NCBI GenBank assembly: GCA_001822075.1
Contig: MHPK01000004.1
Location: 71,979 to 135,978 of the forward strand
Origin: Candidatus Staskawiczbacteria bacterium RIFOXYB1_FULL_38_37
Lineage (GTDB): Bacteria > Patescibacteriota > Minisyncoccia > Minisyncoccales > Staskawiczbacteraceae
Length of the DNA stretch: 64,000 bases
Direction: 5' to 3'
Below the pieces are notes generated by a model. The model worked only from the letters and a program-made list of their open reading frames with translations, was not told the DNA's origin and searched no databases. A program made the position numbers and the translations under genes. Within the stretch, counting starts at the first letter, position 1; the number at the start of each line of letters is the position of its first letter. Positions 32,441-41,308 of the stretch are shown one piece after another.

Positions 32441-33316
32441 ATGCCTGAATTGCCGGAAGTTGAAACCACAGTCAAAGGCTTAAAATCAAAGGTCCTGAAC
32501 AGGGCCTTTGTTGATGTGTGGTCAGACTGGGAAAAAACAATTAAAAAACCAAAATTATTTAAAGATTTTAAAAAGCATATAAAAGGCAAAAAAATATTAA
32601 AAATTTGGCGTCGCGCCAAAAATATAATTTTTGACTTGTCGGGCGGATATTCCCTTTTAGTGCACCAAAAAATGACAGGACATCTTCTCTATGGAACATG
32701 GAACATAAAACATGGAACATGGGCGCCAGCTGGAAACAAAAATTTAGAAGACCCGATGAATAAATTTTTGCATTTAATATTTTTTTTGAATGATGGAAAA
32801 ATGCTTGCCTTGTCGGATTTAAGGAAATTCGCCAAAGTTGAATTACAAAAAACTGATGAATTATTAAATTCAAAAGAATTTAAAAATTTGGGGCCCGAAC
32901 CATTAGAAAAAGATTTTACTTTTAAGAAATTTAAATCCTGCCTCGCCGCTAGGCGAGGCAGGATAAAGCAGGTTTTAATGGACCCTTACATAATAGCTGG
33001 CATAGGAAACATTTATTCTTCTGAAGCATTGTGGCAGGCAAAAATACATCCTGAAAAAAGTGTTGCAAAATTAAGTGAAAAAGAGTTAAAATTGCTTTAT
33101 AATGCAATTAAAAAGGTTTTGACCATTTCTGTTAAATTGGGTGGAGAAAGTTTTTCTGATTATAGAAAAGTTGACGGAAGCAAGGGGAATTTTGACGCAG
33201 AAAGAAAAGCGTATAAAAGAGAAGGCCAAAAATGCCAAAGATGCAAAACCCTAATTAAACGTTTAAAATTTGCAGGCAGAAGCGCCTTTTTCTGCCCCAA
33301 CTGCCAAAAATTGTGA
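32441..33316 (+). CDS. mutM: Formamidopyrimidine-DNA glycosylase
   Basis: 291 aa; N-terminal MPELPEVET and C-terminal zinc finger CQRCKTLIKRLKFAGRSAFFCPNCQK. The TGA stop lies inside a REP hairpin. Confidence 0.9.
   Translation: MPELPEVETTVKGLKSKVLNRAFVDVWSDWEKTIKKPKLFKDFKKHIKGKKILKIWRRAKNIIFDLSGGYSLLVHQKMTGHLLYGTWNIKHGTWAPAGNKNLEDPMNKFLHLIFFLNDGKMLALSDLRKFAKVELQKTDELLNSKEFKNLGPEPLEKDFTFKKFKSCLAARRGRIKQVLMDPYIIAGIGNIYSSEALWQAKIHPEKSVAKLSEKELKLLYNAIKKVLTISVKLGGESFSDYRKVDGSKGNFDAERKAYKREGQKCQRCKTLIKRLKFAGRSAFFCPNCQKL
32935..32964. repeat. 30-bp GC palindrome (13-bp perfect arms) inside mutM
   Basis: ATCCTGCCTCGCC-GCTA-GGCGAGGCAGGAT; encodes ..SCLAARRGRI.. Confidence 0.9.
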
Positions 33317-34146
33317 GCCCCGAGCTCACAAGAGTTTGTAAAACTAAAAAATGACTATATTAGACCATGCCGCGGAGAAAAGAACAATTTGTAACCGGCG
33401 AGATTTATCATATTGTAATACGAGCGATTGATAATAACTTGATTTTTAAGGACTTAAACGATTATTATCGCGGCATTTTTTCTATTTACGAGTTTAATAA
33501 CGCCATCCCTGTGAATATTTTTAATCGACGATTAGCCAGGACCGCTGAAAAGAAAAAAGAAAAATTTTGTGAGCTCGGGGCTCACAAAATTTTAGTAGAA
33601 GATGCAAGAGATAAATTTATTAAAGTTTTAGCTTTTTGCTTTATGCCAAACCACGTTCATCTTCTGACAAAACAAATAAAAGACGGGGGAATATCCAAAT
33701 TTATGCAAAAAGTTGGAGGCGGATACGGAGGATATTTTAACAGAAAATATCAGAGGAAGGGTCATGTTTTTCAAAACGAATTTAAATCGGTTCATGTGGA
33801 TACAGATAATCAGCTTATAGCGACAGCTTCGTATATTTTTACAAACCCTATTGCACTTATTGAACCCAGTTGGAAGGAAAAAGGAATTCAAAAACATTCT
33901 GTAAAGGAGGTCTCAAAGTTTTTGGAAGACTATAAATGGTCAAGTTATCAAGACTGCATTGGCGTTAAAAATTTCCCTTCTGTTACAGAAAGAGAATTTC
34001 TTTTAGAAACAATGGGCGGAATAAATGGCTTGAATGGAGTTGTAAAAGATTGGATAGAGCATAAAAAAGACATTGCAAAATACACAGACTTATTTTTAGA
34101 GTAAATCTTGTGAGCTCGGAGCTCACAAGATTTTGTGAGCTCACAA
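33313..34146 (+). mobile_element. REP-RAYT unit: Y1 transposase gene bracketed by GTGAGC-N5-GCTCAC hairpins
   Basis: REP copies at 33313-33329 (loop CCCGA), 33561-33593 (inside the gene), 34104-34132 (loop TCGGA, opposite orientation) and 34133-34146 (loop-less). Confidence 0.75.
33367..34104 (+). CDS. REP-associated tyrosine transposase (IS200/IS605-type Y1 HUH transposase-like)
   Basis: 245 aa; HUH motif MPNHVHLL and catalytic Tyr context ASYIFTNP. Confidence 0.8.
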   Translation: MPRRKEQFVTGEIYHIVIRAIDNNLIFKDLNDYYRGIFSIYEFNNAIPVNIFNRRLARTAEKKKEKFCELGAHKILVEDARDKFIKVLAFCFMPNHVHLLTKQIKDGGISKFMQKVGGGYGGYFNRKYQRKGHVFQNEFKSVHVDTDNQLIATASYIFTNPIALIEPSWKEKGIQKHSVKEVSKFLEDYKWSSYQDCIGVKNFPSVTEREFLLETMGGINGLNGVVKDWIEHKKDIAKYTDLFLE

Positions 34147-34326
34147 GATTTTTTGAGCTTTTTTGTGCTAATTATTACTCAAAAAATAGAAAACAAAGAA
34201 TCAGAGCTAAAAGATTGTATAATTACAAAAAAATGCTTTAATCAAACAATACAGTCATATTTGGGGGTTTTAAAGCATTGTAATAGTTATAAAATTAAAG
34301 AAAATGTATTTAATAAATTTTTGGGA

Positions 34327-35277
34327 ATGATTATATTTTTGTACGGAGAAGATTCTTATAGATCCAAGGAAAAATTAAATGAAATAATAGGGCACTATAA
34401 AAAAGTCCACAAAAGCGGACTGAATTTGATTTTTATTGATGCTATAGAAAAAACGTTTAATGATTTTTTTGACAGCCTTAAAATTGTTTCAATGTTTGCA
34501 GAAAAAAAACTGGTGGTTGTGAAAAATGTATTTTCCGCCAAAGGCGGACCAGCCCCGGGCTGGCAGGAAGAATTTTTAAAAGAAGTTAATAATTTTAAAA
34601 ATATAAAAGATATTATTGTTATTTATGAAAATGATAAAGTTGATGAGAGGCCAAAACTTTTTAAACAGCTAAAAACTCATGCAAAATGCCAGGAGTTTAA
34701 TTTGCTTCAGCCAGCCATGCTGAAAAAGTGGATAGACAAAGAATTTGAAAAGTACGGCTCAAAAATTGATCTGCCAGCAAAAGATCTGTTATCAGCATAT
34801 ACTGGAGATGATTTATGGAAAATGGCAAATGAAATTAAAAAGCTGGCAAATTATAAAAGGGAAGGCATAGTAAAAAAAGAAGATGTTGAGCTTCACATTA
34901 GACCTAAAATTGAAAACGATATTTTTAAAACAATTGATGCTATTTCGCAGAAAAATAAAGGCCAGGCAGTAGGGCTGCTTCACAAGCATTTAGATAACGG
35001 AGACGCTCCCTTGTATATGCTTTCTATGATAGCTTATCAATTCAAAAATCTTTTGATTATAAAAGAACTGGCTGAAAAAGAAGCTGGCTATCAGGCGATT
35101 GTAAAAAAAAGCGGGCTTCACCCGTTTGTAGTTCAAAAGAATTATTATTTGTGCCAGCGCTTTACATCAAGCCAGTTAAAAAAAATCTACCAGAAAATTT
35201 TTCAGGCAGATTCAGATATTAAAACAGGCAAGATAGATCCGGAGCTGGCTTTGGATATGCTGGTGGCTGAAATTTAA
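34327..35277 (+). CDS. holA: DNA polymerase III delta subunit
   Basis: Start trimmed to ATG 34327 (MIIFLYGEDSYRSKEKLNEI), because the upstream extension is REP-derived sequence. Typical HolA length and N-terminus. Confidence 0.8.
   Translation: MIIFLYGEDSYRSKEKLNEIIGHYKKVHKSGLNLIFIDAIEKTFNDFFDSLKIVSMFAEKKLVVVKNVFSAKGGPAPGWQEEFLKEVNNFKNIKDIIVIYENDKVDERPKLFKQLKTHAKCQEFNLLQPAMLKKWIDKEFEKYGSKIDLPAKDLLSAYTGDDLWKMANEIKKLANYKREGIVKKEDVELHIRPKIENDIFKTIDAISQKNKGQAVGLLHKHLDNGDAPLYMLSMIAYQFKNLLIIKELAEKEAGYQAIVKKSGLHPFVVQKNYYLCQRFTSSQLKKIYQKIFQADSDIKTGKIDPELALDMLVAEI
34534..34563. repeat. Exactly 30-nt (10-codon) double GC hairpin inside holA
   Basis: TCCGCC-AAA-GGCGGA followed by CCAGCCCCGGGCTGG; starts on a codon boundary and encodes SAKGGPAPGW. 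Confidence 0.9.
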
Positions 35278-35537
35278 GCTTTTTTGCCGACTAATTTGGA
35301 AATTCTTGATTTTTTTCTTGAAGCGTTATTCTTTTTTATAACGCCAACCTTAGCGGCTTTGTCTAATGCCCGGTAGAGCTTTGGCAGAAGAGCTTCTGCT
35401 TCCTTATTTTTTTTGGCAGACACTAAACTGCGAGCCTCTTTCAAGAGGGCTTTTATTTTATCTTTATAAATAATATTTATAGCTTTTCGCCTTTCATTCT
35501 GGCGGATAGCTTTTTTTGCCGATTTTGTTATTGCCAT
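35274..35537 (-). CDS. rpsT: 30S ribosomal protein S20
   Basis: Start trimmed to ATG 35537 (MAITKSAKKAIRQNERRKAIN). Confidence 0.9.
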   Translation of the reverse strand: MAITKSAKKAIRQNERRKAINIIYKDKIKALLKEARSLVSAKKNKEAEALLPKLYRALDKAAKVGVIKKNNASRKKSRISKLVGKKA

Positions 35538-35568
35538 AATATTATAATGATAGCAAATTATTTTAAAA

Positions 35569-35597
35569 TTGTAAATAGCCAAGTTTTGTGCTATAGT
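35569..35597 (+). promoter_or_regulatory. Candidate promoter of the radical-SAM gene
   Basis: TTGTAA, 17 nt, TGcTATAGT (extended -10). The leader has the hairpin ATTCAGC-TGTTT-GCTGAAT and an AAGGAG RBS. Confidence 0.4.
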
Positions 35598-35672
35598 ATT
35601 ATAAACGTTTTTTGTTTTTTGACCTTTAACATAGATTCAGCTGTTTGCTGAATCAACATAAGGAGTAACCCG

Positions 35673-37172
35673 ATGAACATACTATTAGTGTACCCCGAAT
35701 TTTTGGCAACTTTTTGGAGCTGGAAGCATCTTTTGAAATTTGTGGCTAAAAAATCGGCATTTCCTCCTTTAGGATTGTTGACTATAGCTGCTATGCTTCC
35801 TGAAGACTGGGAAAAAAGAGTTGTTGATTTGAATGTCAGAAAGCTCACAGATGAGGATATTAAATGGGCAGACTTTGTTTTTGTAAGCGCTATGATAGCG
35901 CAAAAAAATTCGGCAGTCGAGATTATAGAGCGGTGTCAGGTATTGGGCGCGCCTGTAGTTCTTGGCGGCCCAATTTTAGAAACCGAAGACTCTTGCAAAG
36001 AGTTTCCGAGCGTAGAACACTTTTTTCTGGGCGAAGCAGAAGAAACTCTGCCTGGATTTTTGAGCGACCTTCAAGCTTCACAGGAAAAAAGGGTCTACAG
36101 TTCAGAAAGGTTCCCTGACATAGAAATTTCTCCCATACCCCTGTATAGACTGATTGACCCGAAAGATTACGCATCCGGATTTGCGCAATTCAGCAGGGGA
36201 TGCCCCTTTGAATGCACTTTTTGCAACATCGCGCATCTGAACGGCCGTAAATGGAGGTCAAAATCTCCAAACAGGTTTTTGGCAGGAATTGATGCAATGC
36301 ATCAAGCCGGTTTTCGCGGCGCTGTGCAAATTGCAGATGATAATTTTGTGGGCAAGATAGCAAAAACAAAAGAAATGCTTTCAGCGCTTATTCTTTGGCA
36401 AAATGCCCGCGGGTATCCGTTTGAATTTACAATTGAAGCCCCTGTAATAATTGCTGACGATGCCGAACTGATGGATTTAATGGCGCAGGCAAATGTCAAA
36501 AAAGTTTTTCTGGGGCTGGAAACAGACAATCCTGAATGTCTTGCAGAGTGCCAAAAAAAGCAAAATTTGCATCGCGATTTGGTGGCTGACGTAAAAAGAA
36601 TCCAGAGCAGCGGTCTTATTCCGATGTCTGGATTTATCGTGGGTTTTGACAGCGACCATCCCGACAGCTTTGTTGAAAAAATGATTGACTTCATCGGGCA
36701 GTCAGGGATTTGCATGGCCATGGTTGACGTGCTTCAGGCCCAGCCTGGCACAAAGCTATATGAAAAACTAAAGCAACAAGGAAGGCTTTTAAGGGCATCT
36801 GTGAGCAATACTGATTGCTACCCTAACTTTATTCCCATGATGCCGGTTGAAACTCTTGCTAATGGCTATAAAAAAATTCTACAGAAGATTTATTCTCCCA
36901 AAGAGTACTATAAAAGAATCCGTGAGTTTGTAAGCGAGTATGATTCTTCCAAGCGGCCCAGAATAAAGATCACTATGTGGGATTTCAGAGCTTTTATGCG
37001 GGCAAACGTTTGGATAGGCATACTTGGAGGGCCAAAAGTCAGCTATTACTATTGGCTGTCTATTTTCACCACTGTTTTTTCCAAAAAATGGCGCGCGTTA
37101 TCCGATGTCGTTGCTTTACAAATTTACAGGTTTCACTTTGGAAAAGTTACAGAGGAAATCGTGAACGCATAA
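35673..37172 (+). CDS. B12-binding-domain radical SAM enzyme (DUF4070-type C-terminus), compositionally atypical
   Basis: 499 aa; cobalamin-binding N-domain (LGLLTIAAMLP..FVFVSAM), radical SAM cluster motif CPFECTFC. GC is clearly above the flanks. Confidence 0.85.
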   Translation: MNILLVYPEFLATFWSWKHLLKFVAKKSAFPPLGLLTIAAMLPEDWEKRVVDLNVRKLTDEDIKWADFVFVSAMIAQKNSAVEIIERCQVLGAPVVLGGPILETEDSCKEFPSVEHFFLGEAEETLPGFLSDLQASQEKRVYSSERFPDIEISPIPLYRLIDPKDYASGFAQFSRGCPFECTFCNIAHLNGRKWRSKSPNRFLAGIDAMHQAGFRGAVQIADDNFVGKIAKTKEMLSALILWQNARGYPFEFTIEAPVIIADDAELMDLMAQANVKKVFLGLETDNPECLAECQKKQNLHRDLVADVKRIQSSGLIPMSGFIVGFDSDHPDSFVEKMIDFIGQSGICMAMVDVLQAQPGTKLYEKLKQQGRLLRASVSNTDCYPNFIPMMPVETLANGYKKILQKIYSPKEYYKRIREFVSEYDSSKRPRIKITMWDFRAFMRANVWIGILGGPKVSYYYWLSIFTTVFSKKWRALSDVVALQIYRFHFGKVTEEIVNA

Positions 37173-37204
37173 ACGTTTTTGATAAGGCTTTTTGCGAGCC
37201 GCAT

Positions 37205-37230
37205 AGGACGAGAAATCGTCCTTTTTATTT
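37205..37230 (+). terminator. Intrinsic terminator of the radical-SAM gene
   Basis: AGGACGA-GAAA-TCGTCCT followed by TTTTATTT. Confidence 0.7.
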
Positions 37231-37402
37231 AGCATCATTAATAAAAAAATAAATAAAAGCTAAATAACCCCTCACTAATTTAAATAGCAAACTCGAACTA
37301 CAGCAGATGACAGCCGAAGGCGCTTCGCCCGATAAACTTTATAATTTTAAAAAGCATCTTTGAAATTGGTGATGGGGTTTGCATCAAATTTTGGGTGAAG
37401 AC

Positions 37403-37431
37403 TTGACATATTTTGTAAAAAAGAATACAAT
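37403..37431 (+). promoter_or_regulatory. Candidate rpoB promoter
   Basis: TTGACA (37403-37408), 17 nt, TACAAT (37426-37431). Confidence 0.55.
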
Positions 37432-37666
37432 AGCTATATATAAAAAGAAGTGGCCATTTTACTCTAAATAAAATTAAATACCCTCGTCTGGCGGTTTTAA
37501 ATTGCGCTGGAAATTTTTTGTAATAGAATATAGTTTGGACGGGGGAAATACCCTAAAGGCAATAGGGTATTTTGTGTTTATAAAATCACATAACACATAG
37601 CATAGAACACATAACAGAAACGTTTTTGTCATGTTCCATGTTCCATGTTTTATGTTTCATGCGCTA

Positions 37667-40600
37667 ATGGCTGAAATAATTAGCAAGGTAAAAAATTTTT
37701 CAAAATCTAAACTCTCTTTTTCCACCCCGCATCTTTTAACCATGCAAAGGCAGACATGGGAGGATTTTTGGCAGGTTAGAGTAAAAGAGCTTTTAGAAGA
37801 AATTTCTCCCATACGCGATTACACCGGCAAAGAATTGGAGCTTTGGTTTGAAGATTACAAGCTTGGAAAGCAAAATTATAAAAACGGGCTGGAGGCTAAA
37901 AAAAATAATGATTCTCTTGAAGCTCCATTAAGAGCAAAAGTAAAGCTTGTAAATCTTAAAACAAAAGAAGTAAAAGAGCAGGAAGTGTTTTTGGCGGATT
38001 TTCCCATAATGACAGAAAGGGGCACTTTTGTGGTAAACGGAGTAGAAAGGGTTGTTGTTTCACAGCTTATCAGGTCTCCGGGAGCTTTTTTTACAACAAG
38101 GTCATGGAGAGGCAAAAATTATTTTGGAGCTAAAATAATTCCAAACAGGGGCGCATGGCTGGAATTTGAAACTGAGGACTCGGGATTTATTGGAGTAAAA
38201 ATAAACAGAAAAAGAAAAGTTCCTGCCACCACTTTGTTAATGGCTTTGGGCTTGGACGGAGTAGACAAAGTTGAAAAAGAATTTAAAGACACAGATACAG
38301 GAGAAATAAAATATATAAAAGAAACCCTTAAAAGAGAAACATGCAAAGACCAAAAAGAAGCTTTGGTTGAAGTTTACCGCAGGCTAAGGCCCGGCGATTT
38401 GGTTACTCCAGACACTGCCCAGGACTTGATATTTAATATGTTCTTTAATTTTGACAGGTATGACTTGTCAAAAGTGGGCAGATGGAAAACATGGCAGAGG
38501 CTGCCTCAGTTGGCTCCGAAAAAAATAGATAAAGATATTTTGAAAGAAGACAGAATATTAAAGCTGGAAGATATTATTGAAGTTATAAAAGAAGTTATAA
38601 GGTTAAACAACAAGCCCGATGCAAAACCAGACCAGGTTGACCACTTGGGAAACAGAAGGGTAAGAACTTTATCTGAGCTTTTGCAAAACAGAATGAGAGT
38701 TGGCTTGATGCGCATGGAAAGAATTATAAAAGATAAAATGTCTACTTTGGATGTTGCCACTATAACCCCGATACAGCTTATAAACCCAAGGCCGCTGATG
38801 GCAGTGGTAAAGGAATTTTTCACTTCCTCCCAATTCTCGCAATTCATGGACAATGAAAACCCATTGGCAGAATTAGAGCACAAAAGAAGGCTCACAACAA
38901 CAGGCCCCGGAGGATTAACAAGAGAAAGGGCAGGGTTTGAGGTAAGAGATGTGCAGCCTTCACACTATGGAAGAATTTGCCCCATTGAAACTCCAGAAGG
39001 CCCTAATGTGGGGCTTGTGGGGCACTTGGCTTCTTTTGCAAGAATAAACCCTTATGGGTTTATTGAGGCCCCTTATTTTAAAGTAAAAAACGGAAAAGTT
39101 ACAGACGAAATTCATTATCTTTCAGCCCAAGACGAAGAGAGGTACAGCATTGCCCCGGCTTCTGTTCCCTTGACAGAATCTGGAAAAATTCTTCCTGAAA
39201 TTCCCCCAGACAAAGTTGAGGCAAGAGTGAAAGGAGAGCCAGAGGAAGTGCAAATTTCAAAAATTGACTATATAGATGTTTCTTCAAAGCAATTTATTTC
39301 AGTTGCAACATCTTTGATTCCTTTTTTGCAAAACGATGATGCATCTAGGGCATTAATGGGTTCTAACATGCAAAGGCAGGCGGTTCCTTTAATAAGGCCA
39401 GAGCCACCATTAGTGGGAACAGGAGCTGAAAGGAATGTTGCCCGCGATTCAGGGCAGGTAATTTTAGCTAAAGGCCATGGAGTTGTAAAAGAGGCAGACG
39501 CCCAGCACATAAAAGTGCAGTATGATATTTCGGGCAAAAAATCAGAAGAAAATTACGAGCTTCAAACTTTTGTTAGAACAAACCAGTATTCATGTTTTCA
39601 CCAAAAGCCAATAGTTGAGAAAGGAGAAGAAGTAAAGAAAGGAGATGTTTTAGCTGACGGAGCCGCTATTTCACAAGGAAGATTGGCTTTGGGAAGAAAT
39701 ATTTTAATGTGTTTTTTGCCTTTAAGAGGAGGCGGATTTGAAGACGCGCTTACTATTTCAGAAAAATTAGTTAAAGAAGACGAATTTACTTCAATACACA
39801 TTGAAGACTTTAAGTGCGACGTCAGGGAAACAAAGCTTGGGCCGGAAGTTACAACTTCTGATATTCCCAATGTTGGCGAAGAAAAATTAAAAGATTTAGA
39901 CGAAGAAGGAATTGTAAGAATCGGGGCTGAAGTCGGACCTAACGATATTTTGGTTGGAAAAATTTCGCCAAAAGGGGAAGCCGAATTAACTCCGGAAGAA
40001 AGATTGCTAAGGGCAATTTTCGGCGAAAAAGCAAAAGATGTAAAAGACAGCTCTTTGCGCATGGAGCACGGAAAGAAAGGAAAAGTTGTAAATGTAAAAA
40101 TATTTTCAAGAGAGCTTGGACACAAGCTAGAGCCCGGAGTAATAAAAAGGGTGCAGGTTGAGGTTGCAGAATGCAGAAAAATAAAAGTTGGAGACAAGCT
40201 GGTGGGCAGGCACGGAAACAAAGGAGTTGTTTCAAAAATTCTGTCTGAAGCTGAAATGCCGTTTTTAGCTGACGGAACTCCTATTGATTTGGTAATGTCT
40301 CCATTGTCTGTTCCTTCCCGTATGAACATCGGGCAGATTTTAGAAACTCATCTTGGATGGGCAGCCCACGAATTAAATTATATTGCAATTTCTCCAGCCT
40401 TATTGGGAGCTGATAAAACAGATGTTAAAAAAGAACTAAAAGAAGCAGGATTGCCAGAGTCAGGGCAGATTACAGTTTATGACGGCAGAACGGGTCTTCC
40501 TTTTCCAAAGCCGATTACTGTGGGTTATATGTATATAATGAAGCTGATACATATGGTGGACGATAAAGTGCACGCCAGGTCTATTGGGCCATATTCGTTA

Positions 40601-40930
40601 ATTACGCAACAGCCGTTGGGAGGAAAGGCTCAGTTCGGAGGCCAAAGATTTGGAGAAATGGAAGTATGGGCTTTGGAAGGATACGGGGTGGCTCACACTT
40701 TGCAAGAAATGCTTACAATAAAATCTGACGACGTTGCAGGAAGAGCCGCAACTTACGAAGCCATATTAAAAGGCGAGCCCATAAGAAACCCCAACATTCC
40801 AGCTTCATTTAATTTGCTTGTTGCTGAATTGAAATCTTTGGGAATGTCAGTAGAAGTAAAAGAAAAACCAAGATTAATAAAAGACGACACCAGAGAAGAC
40901 AGAAGAGACAACCGCGGAGAAAGAAAATAA
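37667..40930 (+). CDS. rpoB: DNA-directed RNA polymerase beta subunit
   Basis: Start trimmed to ATG 37667 (MAEIISKVKNFSKSKLSF..PHLLTMQRQTWEDFW). GDKLVGRHGNKGVVSKIL and other universal blocks are present. Confidence 0.95.
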   Translation: MAEIISKVKNFSKSKLSFSTPHLLTMQRQTWEDFWQVRVKELLEEISPIRDYTGKELELWFEDYKLGKQNYKNGLEAKKNNDSLEAPLRAKVKLVNLKTKEVKEQEVFLADFPIMTERGTFVVNGVERVVVSQLIRSPGAFFTTRSWRGKNYFGAKIIPNRGAWLEFETEDSGFIGVKINRKRKVPATTLLMALGLDGVDKVEKEFKDTDTGEIKYIKETLKRETCKDQKEALVEVYRRLRPGDLVTPDTAQDLIFNMFFNFDRYDLSKVGRWKTWQRLPQLAPKKIDKDILKEDRILKLEDIIEVIKEVIRLNNKPDAKPDQVDHLGNRRVRTLSELLQNRMRVGLMRMERIIKDKMSTLDVATITPIQLINPRPLMAVVKEFFTSSQFSQFMDNENPLAELEHKRRLTTTGPGGLTRERAGFEVRDVQPSHYGRICPIETPEGPNVGLVGHLASFARINPYGFIEAPYFKVKNGKVTDEIHYLSAQDEERYSIAPASVPLTESGKILPEIPPDKVEARVKGEPEEVQISKIDYIDVSSKQFISVATSLIPFLQNDDASRALMGSNMQRQAVPLIRPEPPLVGTGAERNVARDSGQVILAKGHGVVKEADAQHIKVQYDISGKKSEENYELQTFVRTNQYSCFHQKPIVEKGEEVKKGDVLADGAAISQGRLALGRNILMCFLPLRGGGFEDALTISEKLVKEDEFTSIHIEDFKCDVRETKLGPEVTTSDIPNVGEEKLKDLDEEGIVRIGAEVGPNDILVGKISPKGEAELTPEERLLRAIFGEKAKDVKDSSLRMEHGKKGKVVNVKIFSRELGHKLEPGVIKRVQVEVAECRKIKVGDKLVGRHGNKGVVSKILSEAEMPFLADGTPIDLVMSPLSVPSRMNIGQILETHLGWAAHELNYIAISPALLGADKTDVKKELKEAGLPESGQITVYDGRTGLPFPKPITVGYMYIMKLIHMVDDKVHARSIGPYSLITQQPLGGKAQFGGQRFGEMEVWALEGYGVAHTLQEMLTIKSDDVAGRAATYEAILKGEPIRNPNIPASFNLLVAELKSLGMSVEVKEKPRLIKDDTREDRRDNRGERK

Positions 40931-40940
40931 AAATAAAAAA

Positions 40941-40962
40941 CCGTCCCGCCATGGCGGGACGG
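40941..40962. terminator. GC hairpin between rpoB and a convergent small gene
   Basis: CCGTCCCGC-CATG-GCGGGACGG. The A-run on the + strand side gives a U-tract for the minus-strand gene; there is no U-tract for rpoB. Confidence 0.6.
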
Positions 40963-40973
40963 AGTAATGAAAT

Positions 40974-41198
40974 TTAGTGTTTTTTAGCAGGCAGATTAAG
41001 CACATTTTCTAGATATTCAACCCTGCTTTCCAATTTATCAAAATCAGGCCTGTAAACCACGCCAGCAAGTTGACTCTTGATTATTGATAGATCTTTTTCT
41101 ACCTTGTCAAACCTTTTATTAACAATTTCTGCTTGACCGTCAAAACTATTTTTCATCATTACCGCTAAGTTGTCGATAGTTAAATTTTTCTTTGCCAT
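40974..41198 (-). CDS. Small coiled-coil protein, antisense to the rpoBC direction
   Basis: Start trimmed to ATG 41198 (MAKKNLTIDNLAVMMKNSFDGQAEIVNKRFDKVEKDL..); 74 aa. Confidence 0.5.
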   Translation of the reverse strand: MAKKNLTIDNLAVMMKNSFDGQAEIVNKRFDKVEKDLSIIKSQLAGVVYRPDFDKLESRVEYLENVLNLPAKKH

Positions 41199-41308
41199 AT
41201 AATTTATATTTATATTTCTATTATAGCCATTCAAAAAATCGTGTCAAATTTGTAAAAAATTAACATCTTATAATTTTAAAAGCTTTTAAAATTGTAAGAC
41301 ATAAATTC

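Noticed and set aside
37255-37400. RiPP precursor peptide next to the radical-SAM gene (28-codon minus-strand ORF MQTPSPISKMLFKIIKFIGRSAFGCHLL; 18-codon plus-strand ORF)
   Set aside because: There is no RBS, the orientation is convergent or separated by a terminator, and no leader or core features are recognisable. These are most likely chance ORFs.
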